DNA of 64,000 bases, taken from assembly GCA_030704615.1 (NCBI GenBank), contig CM060733.1, forward strand, positions 23,684,001 to 23,748,000, in the 5' to 3' direction. Under the pieces are notes generated by a model that had not been told where the DNA came from, did no database searches, and worked only from the letters and a program-made list of their open reading frames with translations. Both the position numbers and the translations under genes were made by a program. The DNA comes from Takakia lepidozioides. Its lineage: Eukaryota; Plantae; Bryophyta. Below, piece after piece: positions 13,339 to 25,973 of this stretch (within the stretch, counting starts at the first letter, position 1; every line of letters begins with the position of its first letter).

Positions 13339-13830
13339 GGGGCTGTGATGGGCTGTCCCTGTGGCCTTGGGGGCTGTGATGGGCTGTGAGGGGCTGTGCC
13401 GGTGGCCTTTTGGGGCTATGACAGGCTGTGCCCATGGCCTTTAGGGCTGTGAGGGGCTGTGAGGGGTTGTGAAAGGCTGTGCCCATGGCCTTTGGGGCTG
13501 TGAGGGGCTGTGAGGGCCTGTGAGGGCCTGTGCCGGTGGCCTTCGGGGTTGTGACGGGCTGCGCCGGTGGCCTTGGGGGCTGTGATGGGCTGTGAGGGGC
13601 TGTGATAGGCCGTGCCTGAGGCCTTCGGGGCTGTGAGGGGCTGTGACAGGCTGTGCCTAGTGGCCTGTGGGGCTGAGACGGGCTGTGACAGGCTGTGGCG
13701 GGCTGTGCCCTGTGGCCTGTGGGGCTGTGACAGGCTGTGGCGAGCTGTGACGGGTTATGAGGGGCTGTGACAGGCTGTGCCCAGTGACCTGTGGGACTGT
13801 GACGGCTGTGACCAGTGAGCTGTGTCGGCC
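13339..13830 (+). repeat. G-rich 10-bp tandem array (GGGCTGTGAN) with a higher-order ~40-60 bp period
   Basis: Dozens of gggctgtgag/gggctgtgac units punctuated by gtgcc..tggcc(tt) spacers. Confidence 0.9.
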
Positions 13831-14508
13831 TGTGCTGACTCGTGGAGGCACTGGTGAACTGCCTAAGGACTGGCATGTGGTCTTGAAGGCCGAATTTTGA
13901 AGCTCGTGGAGGGCGGTTTGAGGAGTATCTTCATGATATTCCCATGGTCATGCAAGTGAGGGAAGAGAGGAGAGGAAGAGTGTTGGGATGAGGGCATGCT
14001 AGGGTTAGGCATTGCTTTAGCTTCTCTTCCTCGTAGTTTCCACCCTCTCATTAGGCCAAGACCTTTCCGTAGGTGGAGGCAAGAGTCAGTCCAGGTTTGG
14101 GCTGGGGTGTCCTTGCAGGAGCAACACCGTGGAGTTGTTTTTGGTGTGGGGGAGTTGTCGTTCTGATTTCTTGTTTTTGGATCCCCTCCATACCTGCATG
14201 CTTGACTGTGCGCCATGCTAGTTTTGTGTGGGCGCTTGTTTTTATAGGTGATTGGTCCGGATTTGATCACCGGCCAGTCCTAGAGCATGCTGTCGATGGT
14301 GAGGCTGGGGTGATGACCAGCCAGACCATCATTGTTTCTCCTGTGGTGAGGTTGGAGGTGATGACCAGCCAACCATAGGAGTGCTTGCGGTGGATGCAGA
14401 TACAGGTGTAGGCTACGTTAGGAACTTAGTATTCCAAACCATAAGCCGCAACAGGTTCTCTACCCGGTGACCTTGTGGAGAGGGGGTTAGGGACATGTTC
14501 ATGACTAG

Positions 14509-15770
14509 TTGAGTGTCAACACGGAGGTGCCACTAGTTGCTGGGGACAGTGCCGGTTCGAGCACTAGCGATACTAGTGGGTACACGAGACGAGGTTTGCG
14601 GTTTAGGCCACCTTCACCTCCTGTGTCTTCTACGGAAGTTTCTGATTCGGATTGTGAATCAAGAGGATTCATACCGGCGGTGCAAGTTGTTTCTTTGCCA
14701 TTGTTGTGGGACACAATGGAGGAGATGTATGGAGCTACCAAGGGGCCACGAAGGTACTCTGGGGCGGTGGACACCATTGAGTTGGATGATTTTATCCAAA
14801 AGTTTGATAGTTGGTGTGATTTGCAGCAAATGCGCAATCCACAACTATTTACACCTTTCATGGCATGGAAGGGGCTGTTTCAGCACCTTGAGGGGCCGCC
14901 TATGGATGATTACCATGAGTTCAGGCGGGGGCATGAGGTTGAGATCGAGGAGTGGAGGATGTACTGGTCACCCGACTATGTCTCCATCACTAGGGGCACT
15001 AGAGCCACGAGGGCATTGGCTACACCTGCCGCTGCACCGGCAGCTTCAGCAAGTAGCAGTGGGACTAGTGGGACTGGTGGTATAGTAGCTACGACATCCA
15101 CCCAAGCCACTACCGCACCAGCACTAGCACCGTGCCTGCCTTCAACCCTGTTGTGGAGTTCTTCGAAGAGTTGAGAGGAAACTACCAAGGGGTGAGGACA
15201 GAGAAGTTGCGGAGCTTGCAAGAGTTCCAACGGAAGCCGACCGAGAGCTTGAGGAAGGCTTTCACTCGCATGAGGCGCTTGATAAATGTAACCCAAGGGG
15301 TTACAGAAGCTCAGGCAGTCCAATTTTGGTATGGGATATTGGACAAGGAGCTGAGGAGAAGGGTGCGGGATGCAACTCTCCTACAAGCGGCCCAACCCAC
15401 CTTAGCAAATGTATTTTTGCTGGCAGAGCGGATAGAGCTCAACATGGTGGAGGAACGAGTGGTCATGGTGAGATTTGCTAAGGAGACACCACGGGGTAGT
15501 GGTGCTCCTAGCCAACCACTACCTCAACGTGCTCAAGGCAACAAGGGGGCTTAGGTGAAGCTTAGGAAGGGCAGAGAGGACCTTAGATGCAGGGGTCTCT
15601 CCCTTCATTTGCTGGCCAACAACGGGCGGATGTGGTGTGCTGGACATGTGGAGGACCCCATGTCAAGAAGGATTGCCCAGAGGGAGGCAAAGGGCCGGCA
15701 CATGCACAACCTGCACAATTGCAATGTGGGCATTGTGGCAAGCACGGGCATGGAGAGGCCCAGTGTTATG
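14509..15770 (+). pseudogene. Gypsy gag (capsid plus two CCHC nucleocapsid knuckles), frameshifted
   Basis: LDDFIQKFDSW, FQRKPTESLRKAFTRM (retrotransposon gag major-homology-like region), CWTCGGPHVKKDC and CGHCGKHGHGEAQC. Frameshifts at ~15130 and ~15554. Confidence 0.85.
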
Positions 15771-16639
15771 GTTTGCATCCTGAGTTGCGTCCAGGTCAGT
15801 TCCAAGGGAACAATGGTGGCCGGGGGCGAGGTGGAGCAGCCCAGAGAGGACGAGGAGGCCAGCCACGAGGTGTAGGCCAAGGGCAAGCTCAACATGGCCA
15901 AGGACGCGGAGGTCAGGGTGTTGACCAAGGCGTGGCCAACCGGCTTCAGCAGCTAGAGCAGAGGCTCGCTGCCATGGCTATAGCTCAGGTGGTACCGGCT
16001 CTAAGGCCGGATGGTCCACCTCCTGCTCCTGAGGGAGGAGATATGGGAGGCATGGGATTCATGTGTGGAGCAGCAGTACCACTAGTGCAAGTGGAGTCTG
16101 TTGCAGCCGTGACTCGAGGAGCAGCACGAGTTCCTGAGCCACGAGGTGCAGAGATGGAGTTGGATCCACAGCATGGGGAGGCAAGCCATCAGGCTAGGCT
16201 TCCTCAGTCATTCACATTGGCGGAGACAGTGTCGACGCCATCCATGGCACCTAGCTCTCGCCCGACTGTTACCAAGGCGGAGGTTACTATGCCATTGGGG
16301 AGAGCTACACGGGTAGCACCACTACCTAGTGTTGCCAAGGCTACGGCAGCTATTGTGCTGCTAGGAGCGGCCACATCTGTGTGCCAGGCTCCATTGTTCT
16401 CGGCTACCATGATTGCGACGCCGGGGGTAAGACCAGATGAGGTGTTCAGGCTGGCAGCTACACTCTGTGAGAGTGGGGAGGTTACTTCATCTTCTGCGGA
16501 GATAGTGGGAGGTGTAGTGCCGGAGGGATCCTCAGATTTGAGGGTCAAGACTGCTACGGCGGCGCCATGGCAAGCTGCAGCTGCCAGGTTGATGGAGCTG
16601 CCAGCTAGGCCAGCCATTGAGCGCGCCATGGTGACACCT

Positions 16640-17040
16640 GAAGTTGTCATGTTAGACAACCAGGATGGCATTATCTGTTTGAGTGGACCGGCAGGCAAGA
16701 GGTACCAGCCACTGCGGGTCTTGTTGGACTCGGGAGCTCAGCCACTGATGCTGGGCTGAGCTGCTATTGCAGGCTTGGGCCTCACGGAGGCGGATATGGA
16801 GCCTTGTCCTTTCCAGATACAGACGTCTCTGGGAGGATCGGAGCAGGCTTGGGCATGACACGGCGTGAGTTGGCTATCAGACTACGGCCGGATCATCCTA
16901 CAGATGGCTCAGTGATGCGAGCCAAGGCCATTGTGACAGACGTGGTCTCCTACGATGTCCTGGTTGGTGGGGCAGTGTTGTACCCCATGGGCTTCACCCT
17001 GGATTTTTTGGAGGAGTCAACTTCCTATAGGCCTGCATGG
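16640..17040 (+). pseudogene. Retroviral-type aspartic protease, copy 1
   Basis: VLLDSGA catalytic motif and YDVLVGGAVL C-terminal motif. TGA at 16757 and a 1-bp deletion at ~16850 relative to copy 2. Confidence 0.85.
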
Positions 17041-17439
17041 CAGTCAGGGGAGGGCCGACGTGTGCAGCTCCCTGTGACGTTCATAGGAGGAGTTGCGGTT
17101 GCCCAGCGAGGCAAGATGCCGACACTAACAGCATTCACAGCGGCAGTGAGTTGGCCTACAAAGTTGCTTGAGGGAAACGCTCATTCAGAGGATGTGCCAC
17201 CTCCGGGAGAGCAGGATGACAAGTATGGTATGGCGGAGTTGCCTACCATGGTTGCTCAGACTCCATTGTGGGGCACGAGCAAGGATTTGCAGCGGGATGC
17301 TGATCGACGGGTGCAACAAGCCTGGGTGGAGGTTTTTGTACCATCAGGAGAGGAGGAGAGTGCGGGGATTGCACCAGGACCACCTCACTTGTCTCCATTG
17401 GACACCACACCTATTGTGTGGCAGTATCCGGATGAAGGC

Positions 17440-18290
17440 ATTTGTCTTCTGGACTTGTTTGGCAGGATCAGCACCGGATTGGCTGCTGTGTTACAGGCAG
17501 GTGTACGAGTTCGGCATTACATGTATGTGGAGAGGGATGAGACTGCACGATGCGTTTCACTTTGCCATGTTGCTCAGTTGGTGCAGCGGTACCCTGAGTT
17601 GTTGTCGGTGTCTGCAATTCGTGGATATCAACAGGCCTTGCCAGCAGACATTTTGTTGCTGGGGGCGCAGGATTTGGAGCGGGTTGGCTCCATTGATCTG
17701 GTAGTGGCAGGTTGGCCCTGCCAAGGGCATTCATCAGCCGAGCATGGCAATGGATTGCGAGACTCGAGGTCGGGTCTGTTTTGGGAGATGGTGCGGGTTT
17801 TGCGCCACTTGCAGCTTCATCAAGCTGTATCTCCAGCATACATCTTGGAGAATGTGCCACTGATGGGCGATTCTCGGGCCAGGGTGATGGCCAGTGTGCA
17901 TCAAGTCCGGTCGTGGCTTGGGTCAGCAGTGTTGCTAGATGCAGCTACAGTGGGGTCACGGGCTCATCGTCCACGACTATGGTGAACTAACTTGATGCCA
18001 CCCGCACTGCTCAAGCGTGCATTTGATGGGGTGCAGCGGCCAACACATCTCACAGTGGATAGCATCCTGGACACAGGGAGGCAGTCTCAGCGTGTGAGAC
18101 ACGATGACCGTTCGCCTTTGGCAGTGGTCAACAAGGTGGGTCAACCACGAGCATCATTACCTACACTGCTCAGCTTCCCAGGATCGCATGCTTTCTGGGA
18201 TAGTGGACCTGGCCTCCTGTGGGATGCTCAGTTGCAGCAGTTAGTGGAGCCTAATGCTGACGAGCGTGAGCGGGCAATGGGTTTTACCAC
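17440..18290 (+). pseudogene. C5-cytosine DNA methyltransferase domain (DNMT3-like) in the Gypsy polyprotein, copy 1; motif X missing
   Basis: I LDLFGRISTG, II YVERD, IV DLVVAGWPCQ, VI YILENV, VIII AHRPRLW*TN, IX ERERAMGF. Confidence 0.9.
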
Positions 18291-18291
18291 T

Positions 18292-18412
18292 TGTACTATA
18301 GGTACTTTCTATAGTCATCACCTACTTCTAATCTTAAGGTCCAAGCTACTTTTAGCCTTAAGGTACTTGTAGACCCAAGCAAATACGAAGCCCTTGCCTT
18401 AGGGCATGGCCC
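18292..18412 (+). repeat. Dispersed repeat fragment joined to the broken end of Gypsy copy 1
   Basis: Reverse-complement homology to 39243-39366 (tgtactatagg...cttaaggtccaagc...gcatggcc). Confidence 0.7.
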
Positions 18413-19223
18413 AATATCTGATGCTTCTTCATTAAGGTATAAGATACAGGTGGCAAGGTGTTGGAGCATTCTGTATGTAGGTCAAGACATTATTACCTAC
18501 CGCTATCAGTAATTATCACATGATCTTTACAGAGATCTTGTAGCAAGGAAAGGAAGGTCATTAGAAGGTGCCTGAGTTCGTTGATCGGTAAGCTTAGGTA
18601 AAGATCAGTGTTGTGTGTGTAGAGCCTATTAAAGGAGGTTGGGTAGCATGTGAGCACGCTCATGTTGGTGTGAGCAGATAGGCATATTCTGTATATTCCC
18701 TAAAAATCCTAAGAATATGCGATAGCAAAACCAAACAACGCTCATGCGAAAAACATTCCGAAATTATCCAAAATCTCATGAAAACCGTGCTCACGTGACA
18801 AAACCTATGAAATTAATTGTCCAAAGTTGAACTCAGGTGAGGACAAACAACCACAAATATTTCTGCCGGAACGCAAAGGTCTGCAACTTAAATAATGTGC
18901 CATTAAAAACCCAATATATGAATTTCTACAAACATATGTGTGTAAAACATCCGTAATAACCACCCAAAAATTGGGTTTCGTCAGCGAAATCAGTTTTAAT
19001 TTTTTTTTAGTTTTTTTAGTGGTTTCTCCCTTTCAAGCTTTAGTTTTCAGGTGATCAAATATGCCATGTAAGGTTTTCTATAGTTTAAAATTATCTTTAC
19101 GGAGCATGTGCTTCTCTTCTATATGTTAAAATTATATTCACACGCCATGTAGACCCTATTAACGCACAAAGACCCTATGTCAGTCTATTATATGTATTTT
19201 CGCTTGCATACATATCACCCCAA

Positions 19224-19440
19224 TAACCGTGGATTCTACTTACGCGGTTTTTTTTTGCCTACTCACGCCATACCAATTCCCCTATTTAAGGAACCCGCCG
19301 TATCCGGATTTGGGATTATCTTAGGAACCAAGTCTAGGTTTTTGAAAGGGGAAAGCCGGGTCCGGGTCCGCATAGTTGCTGGAAAATATTAGCGAGTTCA
19401 CCGGTTCGAATCCCGGTTCTAGTTAATTAATTAAATAAAC
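19224..19440 (+). repeat. Dispersed repeat, probably a DNA-transposon remnant
   Basis: Similar to 40574-40765 (ttaaggaaccc...tctagg...ttttgaaa...tagttgct..aaatattagcg). 20191-20225 also matches 40915-40945. Confidence 0.55.
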
Positions 19441-21632
19441 TAGGAAATGAAGATTAATTAGAAATAAAACCATTTTTGGTTAAAAAAGAAAACAAAATCC
19501 GAATGGTGATTTTTTTATTTTCTTTTTTTTAAAGAGGTGACTATTATTGATGTACCAGTAGTGAATGGGGCTTATTCAGCTCAGCTGTTCTATTAGTCAA
19601 AACAGCTATGGTTCAGTTTGCATCTTTTTTTGGGGCCCTGCATATGCAAAACCCACTAAAGTAGGTACTAACTTAGTGGTGCACTAACTTAGTAAGGAAA
19701 GGAGAGCGCTCTTCTCCTTTATATATCCTCTCAGAGCGGCGGCCCGACCCTTCAATCTGGCAGGACCTTTCCCCCACACATGTCACCCCTAGAAACCACC
19801 TCTGACACCTTTACTCTACTAACCCCAATTTGGCGCCCCAACCGTCCTCCATCGTGTCTGCTTCCTCTCCCACAGTCTTTTTTTTGGAGCCCCTTACACA
19901 GGGGTTATTTCTTCAAGTCCTTTTGTAGCTTATATGTAGCTTACTATATACTCCCCCTTCTCAATTCCTATACATCCTCTAATGGACAGGGCCCACGCAA
20001 ATTTGGGGGCTTTTTTAGCTCCTTCACAAATTGCATACACGGTGAGACAAGAATTAGACTGGCTTTTTAAAAAAAAAGAGAAAGGGGACAGTGGCCCTTT
20101 TAATCAAATTAAATAAAAGGTGTCACAGTTGATGGAAAAATAACCACCAAAGGGGTCTTGTACGCTTACTGTGGGGGTACATCACCGCAGGAATTTGAGA
20201 TTCACCCATCAATTTCAATTCTTTGAAAACATGTTAAGAACAAGGTAAGAATAGTAGTATGCCTCATAGTCTATAGCAAGAAAACTGCACACCACACCCT
20301 AAGCAAATAAGAAACCTAATGAGAGAGAGGGAGGAGATTGAAGCCTCCAGCTTTCAGGCTCTCTGCTCACTTGCCACATTTCATTTTTGTTTTCAAATTT
20401 TAATGAAAGGGGACATAAGGTCGAAAAACATTTTATTATTACTATTATTATTTTTGCATACCTATATATGTATCTAGTTATTAAACTTAAAACCCGGACC
20501 CACCTAGTTCACCGGTGGTATGGTGGGTTGGGGCCCGGGTTCATTTTAGGGTATTTGGTCATGATGTGGGTAACACGCCAGGTACCTGGGGTCCGCACAA
20601 GACCCGAAAGTGGCTATATACCTATATACAAAGAGTGAAATATGTTAAGAGTAGGTCTTACTGTTGTCCGTGTCTCGTACATCGATCGTGTGGATCTTTC
20701 CTCCGTGTTCTTTGCAAAAAGACTTACAGAGTAAGGTCCTCTAACTTAAAGTGATACGGTCTTACGTAAAGCTATTTGGTAAACTGAAAGCTTGTTGACC
20801 TCTGACGTTCCACCTGCCACTTTCGCATGATCAAAGCACGATGCTTTGTCAACAGCACTGCCGTCTAACGCCGTAGCAAGTAATCTCCCAGCTTCGAAAT
20901 TCCTGGAAGTAAAGCAACTGAAGAACCCAATTGGGCATCTCTCCCAAGATGCCATTTGCGGTAAGCCTAGCGGCAGATCCAGATACACAAACTAGTCTGT
21001 TGCACCTCTCTTTCACCAAATTTCCGGCTTTGTTGTGATAATCGAGACTATTGTGAAGTTTTAGTTTTCATGATAGTTCACTGTAGCAGCTAGAAGACGA
21101 CAGATCCGAAGGACTGAGCAACACCTGAAGTTACTCAAAAGCCTCTACTTGTTCTCTAAATCTCATTCAGCAATGAGGATGACCCCCGACTTTTAGTTTA
21201 GGAACTAAAATATGTCAAACAACCTGTTTGACTGCTGCAGCACTTGCCAATTCATCAGAAAATACTCCCATGAAGCCGCTTTTGCAACGACTCGGTAATC
21301 GGGTTGTTGACTTGAGCGAAGGTGTTCTCCTGTGATTTGACAGAGGAACCATAGGGTTTCATAGTCTGGTCCAAATTAATTATAGCTAGCTATGTATGGA
21401 CTCCAGTATAAGTACTATGCTCTATGTTGTTTTCTAGTCATCACGGTGTTTCGTGACCTGAGAGATGAGCTGCAGCCGAATCTCGCTTCAGTAGGGCCTC
21501 TACCGTTGTGTCTATCGTTTAGCTTGAACATTGACCTCTCAACATTTTACAAATACTGGGCTGGGAAGAGATAAATATTCTGGACCTATTCTGGAGTGGA
21601 CCTTAGCTTGAGTGTCCCACCAACATTTTCCC

Positions 21633-22709
21633 ATGGCGACACGAGCGAACAGCCGAGGTGGAGGGCGTCTCCAGCAGGTGGCATTTACGATTATGCTGCT
21701 GCTAATACCGACAGATTTTCTGCAGCTGACTTCTGCACAAGCTGAGTGTGGGTCGGGAGCAAGCAACGCCAAGTGTGCAAACAATTTGTGCTGTAGCCAA
21801 TATGGGTACTGCGGAGATACAAGCGCTTACTGTGGTACCGGGTGTCAAAGCCAGTGCTCATATGCAGCTCCCAAGGGTATCTTCCCGGGGCACATGCTAT
21901 ACGATTACATTGGAGCCAATGGCATCTCTATATACTTCACTGATATACCGATCACCAACAGCGCAGTGGATTACATTCTGGGCTTGTCATTCGCCATCGA
22001 CATGAACTCGACTGGAGCCACACAAAACGGAATTCATTCAGTTTATTGGAATCCCACCCTGAGCACGACTGCTGCTAAAGCCTGGAGACAAGCTCATTCG
22101 AACGCCAGAATTGTCATCGCCATTGGTGGATCCGAGTTGTACGGATCTAACGGAGTATACCCTGTCAACTGGTATAACCCGGCCAACTCCACAAAGTGGC
22201 TGGCGAATGCTGTGTCGTCCCTCACCACAATCATCCAAGCCTATGGCGCCGATGGCATAGACATCGATATTGAGAACTTCCCCAATGGCTCCACCAACTT
22301 CGTCTCTCTCATTGGCCAGTTGATCACGACGCTCAAGAACAATGGAGTGGCCAAAATCGTCAGCATCGCCCCTGGCTACGATCAGCTGGCGCTGTACACA
22401 ACACTTTACAACAGCTACAGCAACTACATCGACATTGTGAATTACCAATTCTATGGCGAAGGTCTCGACACTTGTGCGAAGTACGAGGCAAGATACTACC
22501 AAGTGATTCAATCCCTGCCGGTGACCAAAGTGGGACTTAGCACCCAAGTGGCTGATCAAAACACTACCATTTCCGGAACTACTTTTGTCAATTGCGTGTC
22601 TACGATCAAAAGCAACAATTCAATTCCTGGAGTGTATTTGTGGAACGCAGATCTTTCCAAACAGAAGGACAATTTTACCACAGAGAAAGAGGTGGCCGCA
22701 CTGTTTTAG
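21633..22709 (+). CDS. Secreted chitinase: signal peptide + hevein/CBM18 domain + GH18 (class IIIb/narbonin-like) catalytic domain, intronless
   Basis: Hydrophobic N-terminus. 8-Cys hevein [40 protein letters not shown]18 motifs [18 protein letters not shown] (DxDxE intact), [14 protein letters not shown]. Confidence 0.92.
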   Translation: MATRANSRGGGRLQQVAFTIMLLLIPTDFLQLTSAQAECGSGASNAKCANNLCCSQYGYCGDTSAYCGTGCQSQCSYAAPKGIFPGHMLYDYIGANGISIYFTDIPITNSAVDYILGLSFAIDMNSTGATQNGIHSVYWNPTLSTTAAKAWRQAHSNARIVIAIGGSELYGSNGVYPVNWYNPANSTKWLANAVSSLTTIIQAYGADGIDIDIENFPNGSTNFVSLIGQLITTLKNNGVAKIVSIAPGYDQLALYTTLYNSYSNYIDIVNYQFYGEGLDTCAKYEARYYQVIQSLPVTKVGLSTQVADQNTTISGTTFVNCVSTIKSNNSIPGVYLWNADLSKQKDNFTTEKEVAALF

Positions 22710-23269
22710 ATACAGCAGTAGGCTTTCTCGTTAGGAATATACTTACTAGGAGGCCAAGTCGGAAATCGATCCACTCGAACTCCTGCCAAATACGAAATAG
22801 ACAAAGTCACAGACTAGGGTTGAGGTCGCTACAGCAAGGGAAGTGAAGAGAAGTAGATGGTGAAGGTCTACAAATAAGTTCGAGGTGTGTAAGGTTGGAT
22901 TTATTAACCTAAAGTGTGAGTTAGTAACACATCACTACATACTCTTACACGAATAAAGAATCGACTACGTTTTCAAAATATCACATTGAAGTCTTCTCGA
23001 GATCTCTCCCTACAGAGTCTACAATCATTCTGTGTCTCTCTGGTTTATGCTCCCACTGAGTGTGTCCTTTTGTATCTCTAAGCCTCTTGGCACACCCTTT
23101 CAGATCTTTGACTATTTTACTAAGAGAGGATTTCATCCTTACTTCACTCCCACTAGTGCTATGTTAGTTGATTCGGATATTGTTTCTTCACACACGCGAA
23201 CCCCAGCTCTTCCGTGCAGCAATTGTGTTTGTCTCTTGAACAGCTTTCGTTAAGAAGTCTCCAATAGAA

Positions 23270-23575
23270 ATATATTCCTTGGAACCATATACTTGCTCCT
23301 GTATATTATAGTGGTTCTTCGGCAGAGCGATGGCACTTTGATATGAATGGCCGTAGGTTTCTCTTATACAAATCCTAGGTCTGATAATAACCTCCACATC
23401 GAAACAGCTTCTGCAGTTGCTTTCGTTAATGCCATGTACTCTGATTCAGTGCTAGATAAGGGAACTGACCTCTGTTTCTTGCTTAATTATAACACCTCCA
23501 GCTTGCTCTGAAACAATATCCGGATGTCGACCGTCCGAGTATCGACATCGCCTGCCCCACAACATCTGAAAGCAT
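23270..23575 (-). mobile_element. Ty1/Copia RNase H fragment
   Basis: Minus strand reads AGDVDT / RSTSGYCF / SKKQRSVPLSSTESEYMALTKATAEAV..LLSDLG / QSAIAL, the Copia RNase H signature, with frameshifts. Confidence 0.8.
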
Positions 23576-25973
23576 AGTAGTACTTCTCCACTTTTGGACT
23601 TGACATATTGAATTCAAACCGGTGGGTTTCCTTTTATATTCCTCGATACTCATTTCAATGCCTGCCAATGTTTTGCTCTAGATACAATGATGGTTTTATG
23701 TCGTTTCAATAAGTCCTCATAGTCCTATTCTTTCTCTCTTACCGTTTTGTTGTGGTGTCCCCCCTATTGTGAATAGCCTTTTAATACCATTTCTTTGACT
23801 CAAAGTAAATTCAGTAGATGTGTCTCAACTAGTGACCTTTGTAATAATTCAAACCCAATTTGTATAGGCTAGTAGAAATTATGGTTGTTGGTGTTGGAAA
23901 AACTTTAGAACTTTCTAGGTTCTCTGTTTCTAGTCATGCTCTTGGCTGCTCTAAGGTTGGGAGCAAGATTGAATGCTTGAAAAACCAACACTACAATTGA
24001 TCCCATATTCTTTCTTTGCATGTCCAGAGAAAATAAGAGTTTTAAGTTCTTTTCGTTAAGCTCACTTTGTGGCCCTTACGCTTCCTAGTGTCAAGCTTAT
24101 GTCAAGTTATTTTACCACTAGTGTGAAACTAGCTAGGAAATCACTAGCTTTTACATATTGACATTTGGGATTGGCCCAAGTGTCAATCCAGGGGTCAAGG
24201 CAGATTTAGGCCCTGGAGTGGTTATCTTCACAGCAAGTGCGAGAGGCTCATCTTTCTCGAGTTGAGCCTCACCGCGCCTAGCTATGGCGTCGTAGTGTGG
24301 ATTTCCCATGGCGTGGGATGCACTTGGCTTGACTTGTATTTGAGTGATGAGTTTATATATGCATGAGTTTATGCTTCAGCTTTGTGAGCTTGCATGAGCT
24401 TGTGCTTGTATTCTTCTTCTTTATCACTCGAGAAAGATCAGCTCGTATCTGTGAGTGTCAGATACGAGTTAGTTGTAGCACTTGTGGTTTTTGCTTGATA
24501 ATTAGAGAAACCAAGTTGTTATGCAAGGAGCACCGTTGAGCTCTTGGTTATTAGATCGGAGACGATGTGGGTTACGAGGTGATAGACCTTGGCATTCGAT
24601 CTTCAGCTTCAGAGATGAAAGCACCATGCTGCAGGATTGTAAGACCAAGCGAAAGGGCTGATTTGGCTTGGGGCAAATCAGTGCAGAAGTGGAGTTGGAT
24701 CCACAGTGTGGGGAGACAAGCCATCAGGCTAGGCTTCCTCAGTCATTCACATTGGCGGAGACAGTGTCGACGCCATCCATGGCACCTAGTTCTCGCCCGA
24801 CTGTTACCGAGGCGGAGGTTACTATGCCATTGGGGAGAGCTACACGGGTAGCACCACTACCTAGTGTTGCCAAGGCTACGGCAGCTATTGTGCTGCTAGG
24901 AGCGGCCACATCTGTGTGCCAGGCTCCATTGTTCTCGGCTGCCATGATTGCGACGCCGGGGGTAAGACCAGCTGAGGTGTTTAGGCTGGCAGCTGCACTC
25001 TGTGAGAGTGGGGAGGTTACTTCATCTTCTGCGGAGATAGTGGGAGGTGTAGTGCCGGAGGGATCCTCGGATCTGAGGTCAAGACTGCCACGGCGGCGCC
25101 ATGGCAAACTGCAGCTGCCAGGTTGATGGAGCTGTCAGCTAGGCCAGCCATTGAGCGCGCCATGGTTACACCTGGAGTTGTCATGTTAGACAACCAGGAT
25201 GACATTTTCTGTTTGAGTGGACCGGCAGGCAAGAGGTACCGGCCACTGCGGGTCTTGTTGGACTCGGGAGCTCAGCCATTGATGCTGGGCAGAGCTGCTA
25301 TTGCAGGCTTGGATCTCTCGGAGGCGGATATGGAGCCTTGTCCTTTCTAGATACAGACGTCTCTGGGAGGATCGAAGCAGGCTCGGGGCATGACACGGCA
25401 TGAGTTGGCTATCAGACTACGGCCGGATCACCCTACATATGGCTCAGTGATGCAAGCCAAGGCCATTGTGACAGACGCGGTCTCATACGATGTCGTGGTT
25501 GGTGGGGCAGTGTTGTACCCCATGGGCTTCACCCTGGATTTTTGGGAGGAGTCAGCTTCCTATAGGCATGCATGGTAGTCAGGGGAGGGCCGGCGTGTGC
25601 AGCTCCCTGTGACGTTCATATGAGGAGTTGCGGTTGCCCAGCAAGGCAAGATGTCGACACTAGCAGCATTCACACCGGTAGTGAGTTGGCCTGGAGAGTT
25701 GCTTGAGGGCTACGCTCATTCAGAGGATGTGCCACCTCCGGGAGAGCAGGATGATATGTATGGTATGGCGGAGTTGCCTACCATGGTTGCTCAGACTCCA
25801 TTGTGGGGCACGAGCAAGGATTTGCAGCGGGATGCTGATCGACGGGTGCAACAAGCCTGGGTGGAGGCTTTTGTACCGTCAGGAGAGGAGGAGAGTGTAG
25901 GGATTGCACCAGGATCACCTCAGTTGTCTCATTGGACACCACACCTATTGTGTGGCAGTATCCGGATGAAGGC

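Larger units (their letters stand above)
11491..14453 (+). repeat. Putative 5' LTR/leader of Gypsy copy 1
   Basis: TG start shared with 24100; non-coding. The 3' end at ...ccgcaaCA (14453) is a guess because no second LTR is present. Confidence 0.45.
11491..18290 (+). mobile_element. Ty3/Gypsy LTR retrotransposon copy 1 (LTR/leader-gag-protease-C5 methyltransferase), 3'-truncated
   Basis: Starts TGTCAAG, the same start as copy 2 at 24100. Contains gag, two zinc knuckles, an LDSGA protease and DNMT motifs. Homology to copy 2 ends at ~18290. Confidence 0.9.

Noticed and set aside
13256-13876. 206-aa and 64-aa Pro/Ser/His-rich minus-strand ORFs; CRISPR-like appearance
   Set aside because: Translation of the 10-bp tandem array. 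No unique spacers and a eukaryotic context.
17440-18290. Host DNMT3/DRM gene or bacterial restriction-modification methylase
   Set aside because: Intronless, in frame with the retroviral protease (and RT in copy 2), and duplicated together with the LTR and pol. No restriction enzyme or bacterial context.
18282-18291. TTTTACCACT at the end of copy 1 equals 11501-11510 near its start (possible TSD)
   Set aside because: Both occurrences are internal to the element (present in copy 2 as well), so this is not a target-site duplication.
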